The notes: generated from the letters alone by a model not told the origin. A DNA stretch of 64,000 nt from Candidatus Jordarchaeum sp. LHC_1308 (GCA_019057675.1 JAHLWX010000002.1:5239-69238), one strand, 5' to 3'. Positions 39,847-49,885 are shown, counted from the stretch's first letter. Numbers and translations are program-made.

Positions 39847-40256
39847 ATTTCACGTATCTCCTCAAGCTCTCTTCTAGAGAACTTAACCTTGACTTTGACA
39901 ACGTCCTCATAATCGCTTAAATACACTTCCCCCAGATACGCCTTCTGCTTGTCGAAACGAAGGTAAATGTTTCCATGTCCATTATGTCTTAGAGCTAACT
40001 GCTTCTCTAGCCTTTTCTTATCTTCCTCATTCATCAACGAGGCCAGCCGGTCAATAACTTCTTCAGCCTCCCCCCTCCCGGATACCTTCACTCTATAGAT
40101 TACCACTTCATTACCATAGTGTCCCCTAATTTTTTCCTCTTTGATTTCTCCCCTATTGTTTGAAAGAAAAAGTAGCGCTTTCAAGACCTTTTCAGAGTCC
40201 TCCGTTGAGTGAACAAAAACTTCAAACTCCACGCTGGATAAGTCTTTACTATCCAA
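39816..40256 (-). CDS. Conserved archaeal protein, possibly DUF54/COG1325-like predicted RNA-binding protein of the exosome/RNase P superoperon
   Basis: 146 aa; N-terminal FEVFVHSTEDSEKVLKAL motif; sits between rpl15e and rpp30. Confidence 0.4.
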   Translation of the reverse strand: MDSKDLSSVEFEVFVHSTEDSEKVLKALLFLSNNRGEIKEEKIRGHYGNEVVIYRVKVSGRGEAEEVIDRLASLMNEEDKKRLEKQLALRHNGHGNIYLRFDKQKAYLGEVYLSDYEDVVKVKVKFSRRELEEIREICRRHNLIVD

Positions 40257-40272
40257 TCTTCACACCAATTTT

Positions 40273-40872
40273 TTAATCGTAGTACTTCTCACGGCTCGGT
40301 CTAACCTTCTCGGCGCCCTTCCCCTTCTTCCTTAGGGCTCTCGCTCTTTTGCCGCTACTCGTAAGTCCTCTGAATACTCTGCTACGGTGTGCTTTGCTAC
40401 AGATCCAGTTTATTTTCAGGTCGGACTTTATGGCTGGATGGTGTGGGTCGACCAAGATGACTTCAAACCACTTCCACCTGCCGTCCTCCCCGACATAATA
40501 CGAGTTAAGAACCTCCATGTTTGGATACTTGCGGGCAACTCTTTCCTCGGCAATCCATTGAATGTTTTTTCCAGGTGTTTTTTTAGTTACGCCTAGTCCC
40601 TTTGGCTTCCTGCCACTCCTAGGCCTAGGCTTCCTCAATCCTCCCTTACGAACTCGAACCCTAACTACGATAAAGCCCTGTTTAGCCCTGTAACCAAGCC
40701 TCCTCGCCCTATCCGGCCTAGTAGGTCTTTCCACTCTTACGATAACTGGCTGCTTACGCCAGAGTATCAATCTTTCATGTAAAAATGATTTTATATCGCC
40801 TTTCTTACCCACTATCTCTCTCCAGCTCTCTGAAATGTAACTGTACATTGACTTCACCATGTTTACGTCCAC
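40273..40872 (-). CDS. rpl15e: 50S ribosomal protein L15e
   Basis: 199 aa; strongly conserved L15e sequence ([11 protein letters not shown]...[10 protein letters not shown]). Confidence 0.9.
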   Translation of the reverse strand: MDVNMVKSMYSYISESWREIVGKKGDIKSFLHERLILWRKQPVIVRVERPTRPDRARRLGYRAKQGFIVVRVRVRKGGLRKPRPRSGRKPKGLGVTKKTPGKNIQWIAEERVARKYPNMEVLNSYYVGEDGRWKWFEVILVDPHHPAIKSDLKINWICSKAHRSRVFRGLTSSGKRARALRKKGKGAEKVRPSREKYYD

Positions 40873-41515
40873 TCCTCAGAACCACTTTCGACTAAAAGTC
40901 TACTTCCCCCCATAACACAATCTCCTTTTATAGTTTACCGTTACTGAAGGGCACAATACTCTAAAAGGGAGAGTACTAGGCAGCCTAAAACTAATGAATA
41001 TGGCTGTGCTGAGTGAAGTAAGTGATTTCAAGTCCGGGTCAAATACTGAAAGCATTTCTCTTTTGTTGACTGAAGTAGTATCTAAATTCAGGATAGCGTC
41101 TATTCTCTAGGACTAATAGGGGAAAGAGTTCCTGAAGCCTGAAGACGGCTAGCAATAAAGGTGAAATGCGTCAAAAGGGACATGAGCATCTTAAAGCAAG
41201 TTGCAATCATGGGAACAGAGAAAACCAGTAAGAATCGCCTTTAGTCATTCTGAACTGGACAAAAGATGGGAAATGCCATCGTGAACGACTTCATTCTTTT
41301 TAGATTCAAGCTGCATCGTGGAAGCTTGAAGAACTCCAGCATACTAGAGAAAACACCCGGTAAGTTAATACTTTTATATTCTTCACAGGAATCGAATCTC
41401 TGGCAGGGAGTGCAGTTTTTCATACGTCATAGGGGAAACATAAACTACGTCTAAAGGAAGTTGAAAACAAAACATATATGGTGTTAAGGTCGTTAACGCA
41501 ACAAACACCTATTTT

Positions 41516-42274
41516 TCATCGTTCTTCCCTCAGGCTGCTTATTTTTTCCTCTATTTCTTTCATTTCTCTTAGCTTGGCGTTCAGCGCATCTTTTTCTTCA
41601 ACCCCTCCAAGTCCCATGTCGATCAACATCTGCAAGCTTGAAATTTCTCCTTTAAGTTTAGCTCGTCTTGCCTCAAGCCGTGCTATCTCCTTCATTTTTT
41701 CAACATCCTTAGTTGAAGGGAAGACAGGCTCCTCCTCCCTCGTAACCTCCTCGCTTCTCTTGACAATTGCCTCCTCCACGCTTGCAGATACATTGGTCTG
41801 CTCTCGAATTTCGGTGCTTCTCTCTTGGACTTTAACTTCCTTATCCTCCTCCACCCATTCTTTTCCTGCTACTTTCCTCCCCTCTTCAATTTTGTCTTCT
41901 CGCCTCTCGAGAAGGGAAGTGAACCGCTCCTCCAGGCTTATGAGACTTTCATTCAGCATTCTTAATTGATCACGGAGCATAAGTACTTCCTTCATTATGC
42001 TCAACTTAAAATCTGCCACTTCCTTTTCCATTCTTATAACTACATCCTCGACCTTTTCCATCCGCTCTAATACTGGCTTCAAGGTTCCGTAAACATCTTT
42101 AGCATTCTCCGTGAGAGAATCGACTTTTGCCATATGCTCTAATACTGGCTTCAGGGCTTCCCTGAATGCCGCCACAATTTTTTCGATGTTCCTGCTAATC
42201 AATAACTCTCCAAGCCCACTTATAATGGCGTCCACATCCACCGCAGTCCCCTTACCTGAATCTGCCGGGTTCAC
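41516..42274 (-). CDS. Coiled-coil hypothetical protein with internal repeats (partner of 42586..43320)
   Basis: 252 aa; heptad-rich; repeated LKPVLE(H/R)M(A/E)KV(D/E) modules encoded by repeated DNA around 42060-42160. Confidence 0.45.
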   Translation of the reverse strand: MNPADSGKGTAVDVDAIISGLGELLISRNIEKIVAAFREALKPVLEHMAKVDSLTENAKDVYGTLKPVLERMEKVEDVVIRMEKEVADFKLSIMKEVLMLRDQLRMLNESLISLEERFTSLLERREDKIEEGRKVAGKEWVEEDKEVKVQERSTEIREQTNVSASVEEAIVKRSEEVTREEEPVFPSTKDVEKMKEIARLEARRAKLKGEISSLQMLIDMGLGGVEEKDALNAKLREMKEIEEKISSLREER

Positions 42275-42585
42275 TTTAACCCCTCCAATGCCCCCTTCTC
42301 AACTGCAAAATCAGCTTCAAATAACCTGTTATGAAATCCCTGTTATTAAACTGTTTCTGCCTATAACTTTTTCATATCTTTTTGTGTTTTAATGTCTAAC
42401 TTAAACGACCATCTAGTAATTATTTCAGTAATTTCCCGAGGAGAATTGATAATTTGCCATTTACCAACGCATATCTTTCCATTTTGGGCTCTACTTCTTT
42501 GAGAGAAAAATAATTATTAGACCAAAATGATAATAGTATAAATTGCATTTGTTCTCGAGTAGAATTAAACTAGAATGGTGGTTGA

Positions 42586-43320
42586 ATGACGGCTTCACAG
42601 CAAGCGCCGCTTCAAAGCGAAGAAGCCGCCTCTAAAACTCAAAAGTTAATCGAGTTGCTCGCGCCAGTTAAGGAACATGTGATACGTAATATTCTGGCAA
42701 GGTTTCCCATGCGTGGATTAGAGCAAATACTTCGTGAGACATTTGACAGTGCAGTTACCGAAAACATAGAATTATTCTCCAGTTTCATTAATTCCACCCC
42801 CCCGGAAGGAGGCAGAGATCCAAGCAAGCATCAGTCGCAGAAGGAGCAAGAGGGAGGACAGTTAAAGGCGGCAATGCTGGAAGCCAAAGAGCTTCTAAAG
42901 AATCCTCCTTCAGAGAGTGAGGAAAAAGGAGAGCCGCTTAAAGAGGATCTTTCACGTTTAAAGAGAGAGATTGATCGCTTAGTTCTCGAACTGAAGATTA
43001 AAGATAAGAAGCTTAGAGAGCAGGAAAAGCTTCTGGAAAAGTTGCGCGTGATTGCCGAAAACGGGCTGATACCCGTTTTCGAAAATACTTCGTCATCCAA
43101 TATTGAAGTTCGTTCCTTCTGGAAACGTCTAGGTGAATTCTTAGAAAAAGATCCGAAATTCAAAATCTTGCGTCTCCTTGTGGGCGTGAAGGAAGCTAAT
43201 GTAGACAGCATCTACAAGTCTGTCGGAACGCACAGGGAATTGGTGGCAAAGTGTCTTGAGGAGATGAAAAATGCGAACTTGATAAAAGTTACAGGAGAAA
43301 GCATAAGCCTGAACTTATAA
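42586..43320 (+). CDS. Coiled-coil protein with C-terminal winged-helix-like domain (paralog C)
   Basis: 244 aa; central coiled coil, C-terminus KFKILRLLVGVKEANVDSIYKSVGTHRELVAKCLEEMKNANLIKV matching paralogs A and B. Confidence 0.5.
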   Translation: MTASQQAPLQSEEAASKTQKLIELLAPVKEHVIRNILARFPMRGLEQILRETFDSAVTENIELFSSFINSTPPEGGRDPSKHQSQKEQEGGQLKAAMLEAKELLKNPPSESEEKGEPLKEDLSRLKREIDRLVLELKIKDKKLREQEKLLEKLRVIAENGLIPVFENTSSSNIEVRSFWKRLGEFLEKDPKFKILRLLVGVKEANVDSIYKSVGTHRELVAKCLEEMKNANLIKVTGESISLNL

Positions 43321-43322
43321 AA

Positions 43323-43649
43323 TTACCGCCGTTTTCCAACTTTAAGTTTGTTAAGCGGTATTCTGTAAGCTCCCTCTCTGTCTGACACTATAGGCGGGGC
43401 ACCCTTGAAAAGTGCTTCAATATCTATTTCAAACACTCCTCTACGCAGAATTCTCACGGTTTCCAACTTATCTTCTTCACTTCGCGTCATAGGAAGCAGA
43501 TTCTTCTCTTCCTCCTTTTTCTCCTCTTTTACTTCGCGCATAAGTTTGAAGACGTTAGAGCCGCACGCCGGGCAGTTCAGTTCATTATGACCTTGAGGCA
43601 TCCTTTTGCCACATACCACACAGACATTATAGAAACTCACTTCGTACAC
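43323..43649 (-). CDS. Zn-ribbon protein (DUF2072-like)
   Basis: 108 aa; CVVCG...CPACG zinc ribbon, then a charged region. Confidence 0.55.
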   Translation of the reverse strand: MYEVSFYNVCVVCGKRMPQGHNELNCPACGSNVFKLMREVKEEKKEEEKNLLPMTRSEEDKLETVRILRRGVFEIDIEALFKGAPPIVSDREGAYRIPLNKLKVGKRR

Positions 43650-43954
43650 CCCACCGTGTATGCCAGAGATATGAAGTCTCCTTCCCTCGTTACCTCTACG
43701 ATGTCGGATGGTGCCACAACAGTTATTTTGCCCCCCTTCTTCTCTCCGTTAAATGTGATTACTTCTATTCCATTAAACTCCTTGAAGTCAATCTCCAACA
43801 TGGTTTCCTTTATGAGTTCAACTTGCTCCTCAGGCTTTAGCCTCTCCTCCAAAATCAATATTCTTTTTCCCTTCACTCTTTCAATGATCATTCTAACTTT
43901 ATCGTTGGGACTTAATCTCCTAGTAGCCTTCTCGGAGATTATATCTATTTTCAA
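43637..43954 (-). CDS. DUF2073-like conserved archaeal protein
   Basis: 105 aa; overlaps the Zn-ribbon gene by 13 nt and follows the GTPase gene (conserved triad arrangement). Confidence 0.45.
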   Translation of the reverse strand: MKIDIISEKATRRLSPNDKVRMIIERVKGKRILILEERLKPEEQVELIKETMLEIDFKEFNGIEVITFNGEKKGGKITVVAPSDIVEVTREGDFISLAYTVGCTK

Positions 43955-43966
43955 GATGGCACCCTC

Positions 43967-44572
43967 CTAGCAGGACTCTGCTATCACCTTATAAAGCTCC
44001 TCCATGTTGTCTCCTTTAAGAGCGGATACGCATACAACCTTGTAACCCGGGAAGGACTCCTTTATAAGCTCAGGTCGCGCCTCTGGAAGGTCTATCTTGT
44101 TCGCGACGAGAATCGTCGGTATCCTTTTAGCCTTCAAATTTCCCAATATTACGAGGTTAACTTGGTCGAAAGGAACCTTCGTTGCATCAAAAACAGTTAA
44201 AGCTAAATCTATGTTATCAAGCCACTGTATGGCCTCTATGACGCCACGTGTAGCCTCTTTAGCTCTCTCCACAGCCTCCTCTTCGCTTAACCCGTGCCTC
44301 ATGAAATCCCTGTAATCCACTTTGCTAGCTATTCCCGGCATGTCGACCAAGTCAACGTTAACTCCCTTACCGTTAAACCTTATGTTGACCTGTCTCACAA
44401 TGGTTGCCTTCCTCGTCTCGTGGGGTATAGGCGATACGGTGCCAACTTCAACACCTGAAAAGTCCAAGGATATCCTGTTCGCAAGAGTGGTCTTGCCAGC
44501 ATTAGGCGGCCCGTAAATTCCTAAAATCAAGCTCTGCTTTTTCTTAAACATCTTCGAAATTTTGTCGAGCAA
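43967..44572 (-). CDS. Small TRAFAC-class GTPase
   Basis: 201 aa; G1 GPPNAGKT, G3 DMPG, G4 NKID, G5 SAL. Confidence 0.8.
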   Translation of the reverse strand: MLDKISKMFKKKQSLILGIYGPPNAGKTTLANRISLDFSGVEVGTVSPIPHETRKATIVRQVNIRFNGKGVNVDLVDMPGIASKVDYRDFMRHGLSEEEAVERAKEATRGVIEAIQWLDNIDLALTVFDATKVPFDQVNLVILGNLKAKRIPTILVANKIDLPEARPELIKESFPGYKVVCVSALKGDNMEELYKVIAESC

Positions 44573-44647
44573 CTCTACTCCCTCTCATAACCCTTAACTA
44601 GAGCGCTCTCATAGCCGGAAACCTTCCAGGTTATTAATTGAGCAAAA

Positions 44648-45235
44648 ATGGTTTTAAGCGTGAATAATACAATGAAAACATTAAAACACGCTTCAGGTAG
44701 CCGCAATGGAGGTATCTGTTTGTTAAGGAAAAAGGTGATACGTCTGACATTCGTTTTTCTAGTCGCGTTATCCTTTACTGTTGGCTTAACTCCAACAGGA
44801 TTAGCTTCCCTACTGGGAGCCAACATGACAAAAATATACTTCGCTCCGTTAAACCAATCGGTCGAATATCCGCCTCCATGGGATACGTTTTATTACTTCT
44901 ACTCTGTGATTCTTGGCTACAATGGATATGCGCTAGACCTTAATGTGATCCTAATAGTAGATGTAAGGAAGGGATCCCCTTACGGGGAACTGGCTGGTGA
45001 TCATAGTTTTGCGTATGACATGGCACTGTTTATGCAGCCCGGAAGCCTGAAGCTTCTGAACCTCTCCTTATCCGTTCCAGCATCCGAAATCGAGGCTGCG
45101 GCTAATGGTAGCCCCCTTTGGATGACTATAACCACTGTGGCATGGTTCACCACTTGGTTCATGGGAAATATCCAAATTATAACGCCAACTGTTATTAGAA
45201 CCCTTATACCTCTACATGTACTACTCACGAAGTGA
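44648..45235 (+). CDS. Hypothetical secreted/membrane-anchored protein
   Basis: N-terminal hydrophobic anchor (LTFVFLVALSFTVGL), then a probable extracytoplasmic domain; start likely at an internal Met. Confidence 0.4.
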   Translation: MVLSVNNTMKTLKHASGSRNGGICLLRKKVIRLTFVFLVALSFTVGLTPTGLASLLGANMTKIYFAPLNQSVEYPPPWDTFYYFYSVILGYNGYALDLNVILIVDVRKGSPYGELAGDHSFAYDMALFMQPGSLKLLNLSLSVPASEIEAAANGSPLWMTITTVAWFTTWFMGNIQIITPTVIRTLIPLHVLLTK

Positions 45236-45698
45236 GGCGACAACCTTGAAGAAGCAACTTGATAGACCTGCTGTGAGAGCCCTTCTTATGTCCTCCTTAA
45301 CGTTTCTCTCGACAGCCGTGGCGCCAGCCCTAGGAAAGAGTCTTGCACAGCGGTTCAACCTATTCATTCAACTTTTGGATCCGCTCGTCATAGGATTAAT
45401 AGGAGCAGTCGTGAGTGTCATGGTTTTCCTAGACAACTTCTTCCGCCGTTCAAACCCTGTCTTAAGTGGGGTCTTCGGCACGCTCAACAACCTTATTGGA
45501 TTAATCTATATGTTAGTTTTCGCCGAAATGTTAACTAGCATAAGCATTCCTGTAACCCAGATTTTCTACAGCTCTTTAACGTTCGTAACAATAAACTATC
45601 AGCCAATAGTAACTCTCATCATAATAGTATTCGTCGTCAGAATGTTACGTCACTTCTACCAAATACTCTTCCACGAGCAACTAAAGGAAGTAGCTTAG
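45216..45698 (+). CDS. Hypothetical integral membrane protein
   Basis: 160 aa with 3-4 predicted TM helices; overlaps the preceding gene by 20 nt. Confidence 0.45.
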   Translation: MYYSRSEATTLKKQLDRPAVRALLMSSLTFLSTAVAPALGKSLAQRFNLFIQLLDPLVIGLIGAVVSVMVFLDNFFRRSNPVLSGVFGTLNNLIGLIYMLVFAEMLTSISIPVTQIFYSSLTFVTINYQPIVTLIIIVFVVRMLRHFYQILFHEQLKEVA

Positions 45699-45776
45699 GG
45701 TTAATTTTATTTTTTCATTATGCTTTCCCTCTAACTGAAAATAAGACAGCCTTTAGCGTATGGGAGGGTTTTTGAG

Positions 45777-47147
45777 TTGGTAGAGATCAAGGAAATCCTC
45801 CCTGGGCGATTCGAGAGAATAGGAGCCCACTCCCACGTAAAGGGGCTCGGGCTACGGGGGCTCAAGGCTGAGCTGGTTGCCGATGGCATGGTTGGCCAAA
45901 CCGAGGCGAGGGAAGCGGCGGGCATAGTGGTCAGAATGATAAAGGAGGGAAAAATGGCGGGAAGAGCAGTGCTCTTAGCAGGTCCACCCGGAACGGGTAA
46001 AACCGCCATAGCGATTGCTATAGCCAAGGAACTCGGCCCAGACGTCCCCGTCGTGATGATCACAGGATCAGAAATATACTCCGAGGAGGTTAAGAAGACA
46101 GAGATCCTAACACAAGTGATGAGGAAGGCGATAGGAGTCAGGATACATGAGATGAAAAAGATATACGAGGGCGTCGTTAAGAACTTGGACGTGACAATGG
46201 CCAAGAATCCCTACAACCCGTACCAGCAAATTCCCCAGTCGGCGAAGATAACCATAGCTACGAAAGACGAGTCTAAGACTTTTGAGGTTGGACAAACTAT
46301 AGCAATGCGCATTATAAATGAAGGCATCAGCGTGGGCGACGTAATAATGATAGACGCGGAGACAGGCAGAGTTACCCGCCTCGGAAAGGCTGAGTCACCT
46401 GATGTCAAGCGATATGACATAGAATCTGAGGAACCAGTACCTATACCGACAGGTTCCATATTGAAGGAGAAAGAGTTCATCTACACACTGACACTCCACG
46501 ACCTTGATGAGATAAACGCTAGGAGAAGCAGCTTCTCCCTTTTCAGCATCTTCGGAGGCGGAAGAGAAGAGAAAGAAATCGACCCAGAGATACGGGAAAG
46601 AGTAAACCAGCTAGTGAAGAACATGGTCGAGGAAGGACGAGCAGAGATACTACCAGGTGTCTGCTTCATCGACGAGAGCCACATGCTCGACGTTGAAGCT
46701 TACAGTTTCATTGCGAGAGCTATGGAGTCAGACCTAGCACCAATCATAATACTGGCATCGAACAGGGGGTTCACGAAGATAAGAGGAACAGAGTTGGTGT
46801 CGCCTCACGGAATTCCCCTAGACCTGCTGGACAGACTTCTCATAATCAATACACGACCATACAAGGAGGAGGAAATCAGGGAAATAATCAAAATAAGGGC
46901 GAAAGAAGAAAAGATAGAGATGGAAGGGGAAGCACTAGAATATCTGACCCAAATAGGAGTAAAGACCAGCCTCCGCTATGCAGTGCAACTCCTGACGCCA
47001 AGCATGGAGCACGCCAAAGAGAATGGACGCGGGAAAATAACCAAGGAAGACGTGCAAGCGGTAGAGGCGCTCTTCGTGGACGTCAAGCGTTCCGCCAACT
47101 ACGTGAGAAGCCTCGAAAAAGAATTCATGATCTCAGAGCAATCATGA
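45777..47147 (+). CDS. TIP49 / RuvB-like AAA+ ATPase (TBP-interacting protein)
   Basis: 456 aa; conserved RuvBL N-terminus (IGAHSHVKGLGL...MVGQ..AREAAG), Walker [10 protein letters not shown], domain II insertion, Walker B DESH; TTG start. Confidence 0.85.
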   Translation: MVEIKEILPGRFERIGAHSHVKGLGLRGLKAELVADGMVGQTEAREAAGIVVRMIKEGKMAGRAVLLAGPPGTGKTAIAIAIAKELGPDVPVVMITGSEIYSEEVKKTEILTQVMRKAIGVRIHEMKKIYEGVVKNLDVTMAKNPYNPYQQIPQSAKITIATKDESKTFEVGQTIAMRIINEGISVGDVIMIDAETGRVTRLGKAESPDVKRYDIESEEPVPIPTGSILKEKEFIYTLTLHDLDEINARRSSFSLFSIFGGGREEKEIDPEIRERVNQLVKNMVEEGRAEILPGVCFIDESHMLDVEAYSFIARAMESDLAPIIILASNRGFTKIRGTELVSPHGIPLDLLDRLLIINTRPYKEEEIREIIKIRAKEEKIEMEGEALEYLTQIGVKTSLRYAVQLLTPSMEHAKENGRGKITKEDVQAVEALFVDVKRSANYVRSLEKEFMISEQS

Positions 47148-47791
47148 AAAGTGCGAAAAAGATCGCCAATACAACGCACCCAAACCAAACGGATCTCCTT
47201 TTTTTCGGAAACCCTGTTGAGACTACGTATTCCTCGTCCCTCTTAAACCATCCTTCTTAGCTAAGGAAGTACTCGTTTTTACATCTAAAAATCTGCTGGC
47301 ATGAAAATTTAAACCCCTTTAACCTTGTTTTTAACTAATCGCCTTCTGGTGCAATTGATGACCCAAAATATGCACAGCATGCATGGAATTGTGCGCTAAG
47401 AAAAACTTACACCATACAATTCAGTGGATACGTTTCACATGGTCCTCTACGTAATTCGAACTGTAAACCCAAAACTTGGCAAGCGAAGTTTAAAGAGGCC
47501 ATTCCTAAACCCTGCTTCGTAGCACTATTCATATGTCGAAAGTCGGAAAACAAAAAGGCTAACTGCGTTGCAATCTTTATAAAAATAATCGGTAAATGTG
47601 CTTCATTACCTAATTATTCTATCTTATGGTAATGTTTTTCCACCTTTCCCCAAGAAGTTCTTGGAGTAGTAGCCTAATGAAGATGCCGTAGACTAAATTT
47701 TTAAGATCAGCTTCAGCTGAGTTATCCTGTCGTCTGGTACCATGACCTGCTTGCTTGGAACAAGCCTTGAGACTATTATTACCGCTCAGTC

Positions 47792-48994
47792 ATGGCCCTC
47801 TCTGCCGAAGCCCCGTCCTCCTCTGGGCTAGAAGATGCATTTTCTTATCTGCCTCACGTTTTCCCTCTACTGAGAGCAAAAATGGAAAACGCTAATTTGC
47901 GTAACAGAGCACGATATTATGTAGTAGTTTTCGTAAGTTTTTTGACTTGCTTTGTCTCGTTCTGTTTTTGGGTGGTTATAGTGTTTAGGCGGGTTGTTTG
48001 GTCTTCTGTTTTTCTTGATCCTAAGCGGGGTTTTGAGCGCGTATATCTACCTGTTGAGGCTAGGTTTGACCCGTTGACTGGTAGGGTGTGCGTTGTTTCG
48101 GAACTTCGCTTCAGTCTTCCTATGAAAGCTGACTTTTCAGAGCTAGCCAGAGTTACTGAGGCTTTCTGCCCCTTCTGCCCTGAGAAGGTTGAGGCGGCTA
48201 CGCCGAGGTTTCCGGAGGAGTTCGTTCCGGGTGGGCGGATAAGAGTTGGTGAGGCTGTTGTAGTACCCAACCTCATGCCATACTCGCAGCATAGCGCGGT
48301 AACCGTGATCTCTCGGAAACACTTCCTCACTCTAACAGATTTCACACAGGATCTTCTGGTTAATGCCTTTATGGCTTCGCAAGAGTACCTTGAAAGGGTA
48401 GCTCTTTACAATGTGTCACAGAAGCACTTCCTCATAGTCTGGAACTTCATGCCTCCCTCAGGAGGTAGCATAATTCACCCTCACCTTCAACCAGTTAGCT
48501 ATGATGAACCCATGGGATACTACGCGAAACAGCTTGAGGCGTCAAAGAAGTTTTACGAGGAGCACGGATACAGTTTCTGGCAACACCTCGTGGAAGAAGA
48601 AAAACGACTGGGAGAACGATATATCGGAGCAACTGGCTCCGTCCAATGGCTCACAGCTTTCGCCCCGAGAAACTACCTCTTCGAAGTCACCGCCGTATTC
48701 CCCGAGAGAACATCTATACTCGAACTAGGACGAAATAACATAAACGACTTCGCCGAAGGACTAATAAAAATCCTAAACTACATGAACGCGCTGAACGTAT
48801 CCAGCTTCAACCTAACCCTCCAGTCAGGATCACCAGATGAAAAACACTACAGGGTTAACGCGTCAATAATACCCAGATTTACGCTACCACCACTAGGCAC
48901 ATCAGACACAGCCTCCCTCCGAGCATTAAACGACCTTTCAGTATGCTACAAGAAGCCGGAGACCACATGCACAGAGCTCAAACAGTACTTCTAA
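47792..48994 (+). CDS. Galactose-1-phosphate uridylyltransferase-like nucleotidyltransferase (HIT superfamily)
   Basis: CPFCP zinc motif, DPLTG, and HIT-like HPHLQ (HxHxQ); 5' part of the ORF (47792-48000) is a TG-rich low-complexity tract, so the true start is probably near a GTG at ~47981. Confidence 0.65.
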   Translation: MALSAEAPSSSGLEDAFSYLPHVFPLLRAKMENANLRNRARYYVVVFVSFLTCFVSFCFWVVIVFRRVVWSSVFLDPKRGFERVYLPVEARFDPLTGRVCVVSELRFSLPMKADFSELARVTEAFCPFCPEKVEAATPRFPEEFVPGGRIRVGEAVVVPNLMPYSQHSAVTVISRKHFLTLTDFTQDLLVNAFMASQEYLERVALYNVSQKHFLIVWNFMPPSGGSIIHPHLQPVSYDEPMGYYAKQLEASKKFYEEHGYSFWQHLVEEEKRLGERYIGATGSVQWLTAFAPRNYLFEVTAVFPERTSILELGRNNINDFAEGLIKILNYMNALNVSSFNLTLQSGSPDEKHYRVNASIIPRFTLPPLGTSDTASLRALNDLSVCYKKPETTCTELKQYF

Positions 48995-49689
48995 ACCCTT
49001 ACCAACAACTTACACCAGCCGATATTACGTTAATTACGTTATTTTGGTAAGAGCACGCCTTTTGTTTCTTAGTATAGGCTACTAGGCGCCTGCGATGGAC
49101 GGAACATAGGCTGAAAAGGCGACTTAATAGCATCGCTTGGGTTCTCATCTTTTTGTCTGGCATTTTTCGTCGATTAATAACTTCATGCGTCGAAGTCTGA
49201 AAGTGGATGGATGAGAAGATGGCTCTTCCAGCGAACTAAAGGGGAAAGAGCTGGGGAACAGAGAAGTTAGATTATAGTGACAAAGGCGAGAAGTTCTGAA
49301 GATATTTTTCAAGAGAGAGTTAACCTACTAGGTTCTTTGACGGCTTAGACTTCAGGTAAACATCGGCTACTGGGAGGGTTTTCAAGGGGTTCTACGGTGA
49401 CGAAGTTTCTCGACGCTAACGTCTTCATCTCTTATTATAAGTCAGACGGGATATTAATAAAGGAAGCAGAAAGGATGAAAGAACAAAGCCGAGGAAATAA
49501 TAAGTCAGGTTAACGCTGGAAAGAATCGTGACCACAGTGGCCCATTCTTCATAAGTTCTTCCCATTAAGAGTCACCATTAACACCTCAATCATTTATGTG
49601 CGTTCTATGCTTCCCGAAACAGCCACCATAAAAACATAAAAAACTCAACGAGCATATAACAAGAAAAATTAACAATGAAACTTTTAAAA

Positions 49690-49777
49690 TGGCGGCCCCG
49701 AGGGGATTCGAACCCCCGACACCCGGCTTAGGAGGCCGGTACCCTCTCAGAACACATCCTGGCTGGGTTACGGGGCC
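49690..49777 (-). tRNA. tRNA-Arg (anticodon CCU) with putative ~11-nt non-canonical intron in the D-loop
   Basis: Minus-strand reading: acceptor GGCCCCG/CGGGGCC, anticodon arm CCGGC-CUCCUAA-GCCGG, T-arm GGGGG-UUCGAAU-CCCCU, encoded CCA; D-stem ACCC/GGGU encloses 20 nt (AGCCAGGAU + extra GUGUUCUGAGA). Confidence 0.7.
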
Positions 49778-49847
49778 ACAGCTAATAAATCCTAAAAACT
49801 TCGTAGTTTTTTAACTCTTTTCCCCCTTCTTGAAAGTTGCGAGAAAG

Positions 49848-49860
49848 ATTTAAGTATAAT
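49848..49860 (+). promoter_or_regulatory. TATA-like box upstream of tRNA-Gly
   Basis: tttaagtataata about 28-38 nt upstream of the tRNA 5' end. Confidence 0.3.
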
Positions 49861-49885
49861 AGCCGTTTCTATCCAGAACTTGGGC

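Noticed and set aside
41241-41454. Two small overlapping ORFs (60 and 62 aa) in the 640-nt gap between rpl15e and the coiled-coil gene
   Set aside because: They overlap each other on opposite strands, have no motifs, and lie in a low-complexity context. They are more likely non-coding or decayed sequence.
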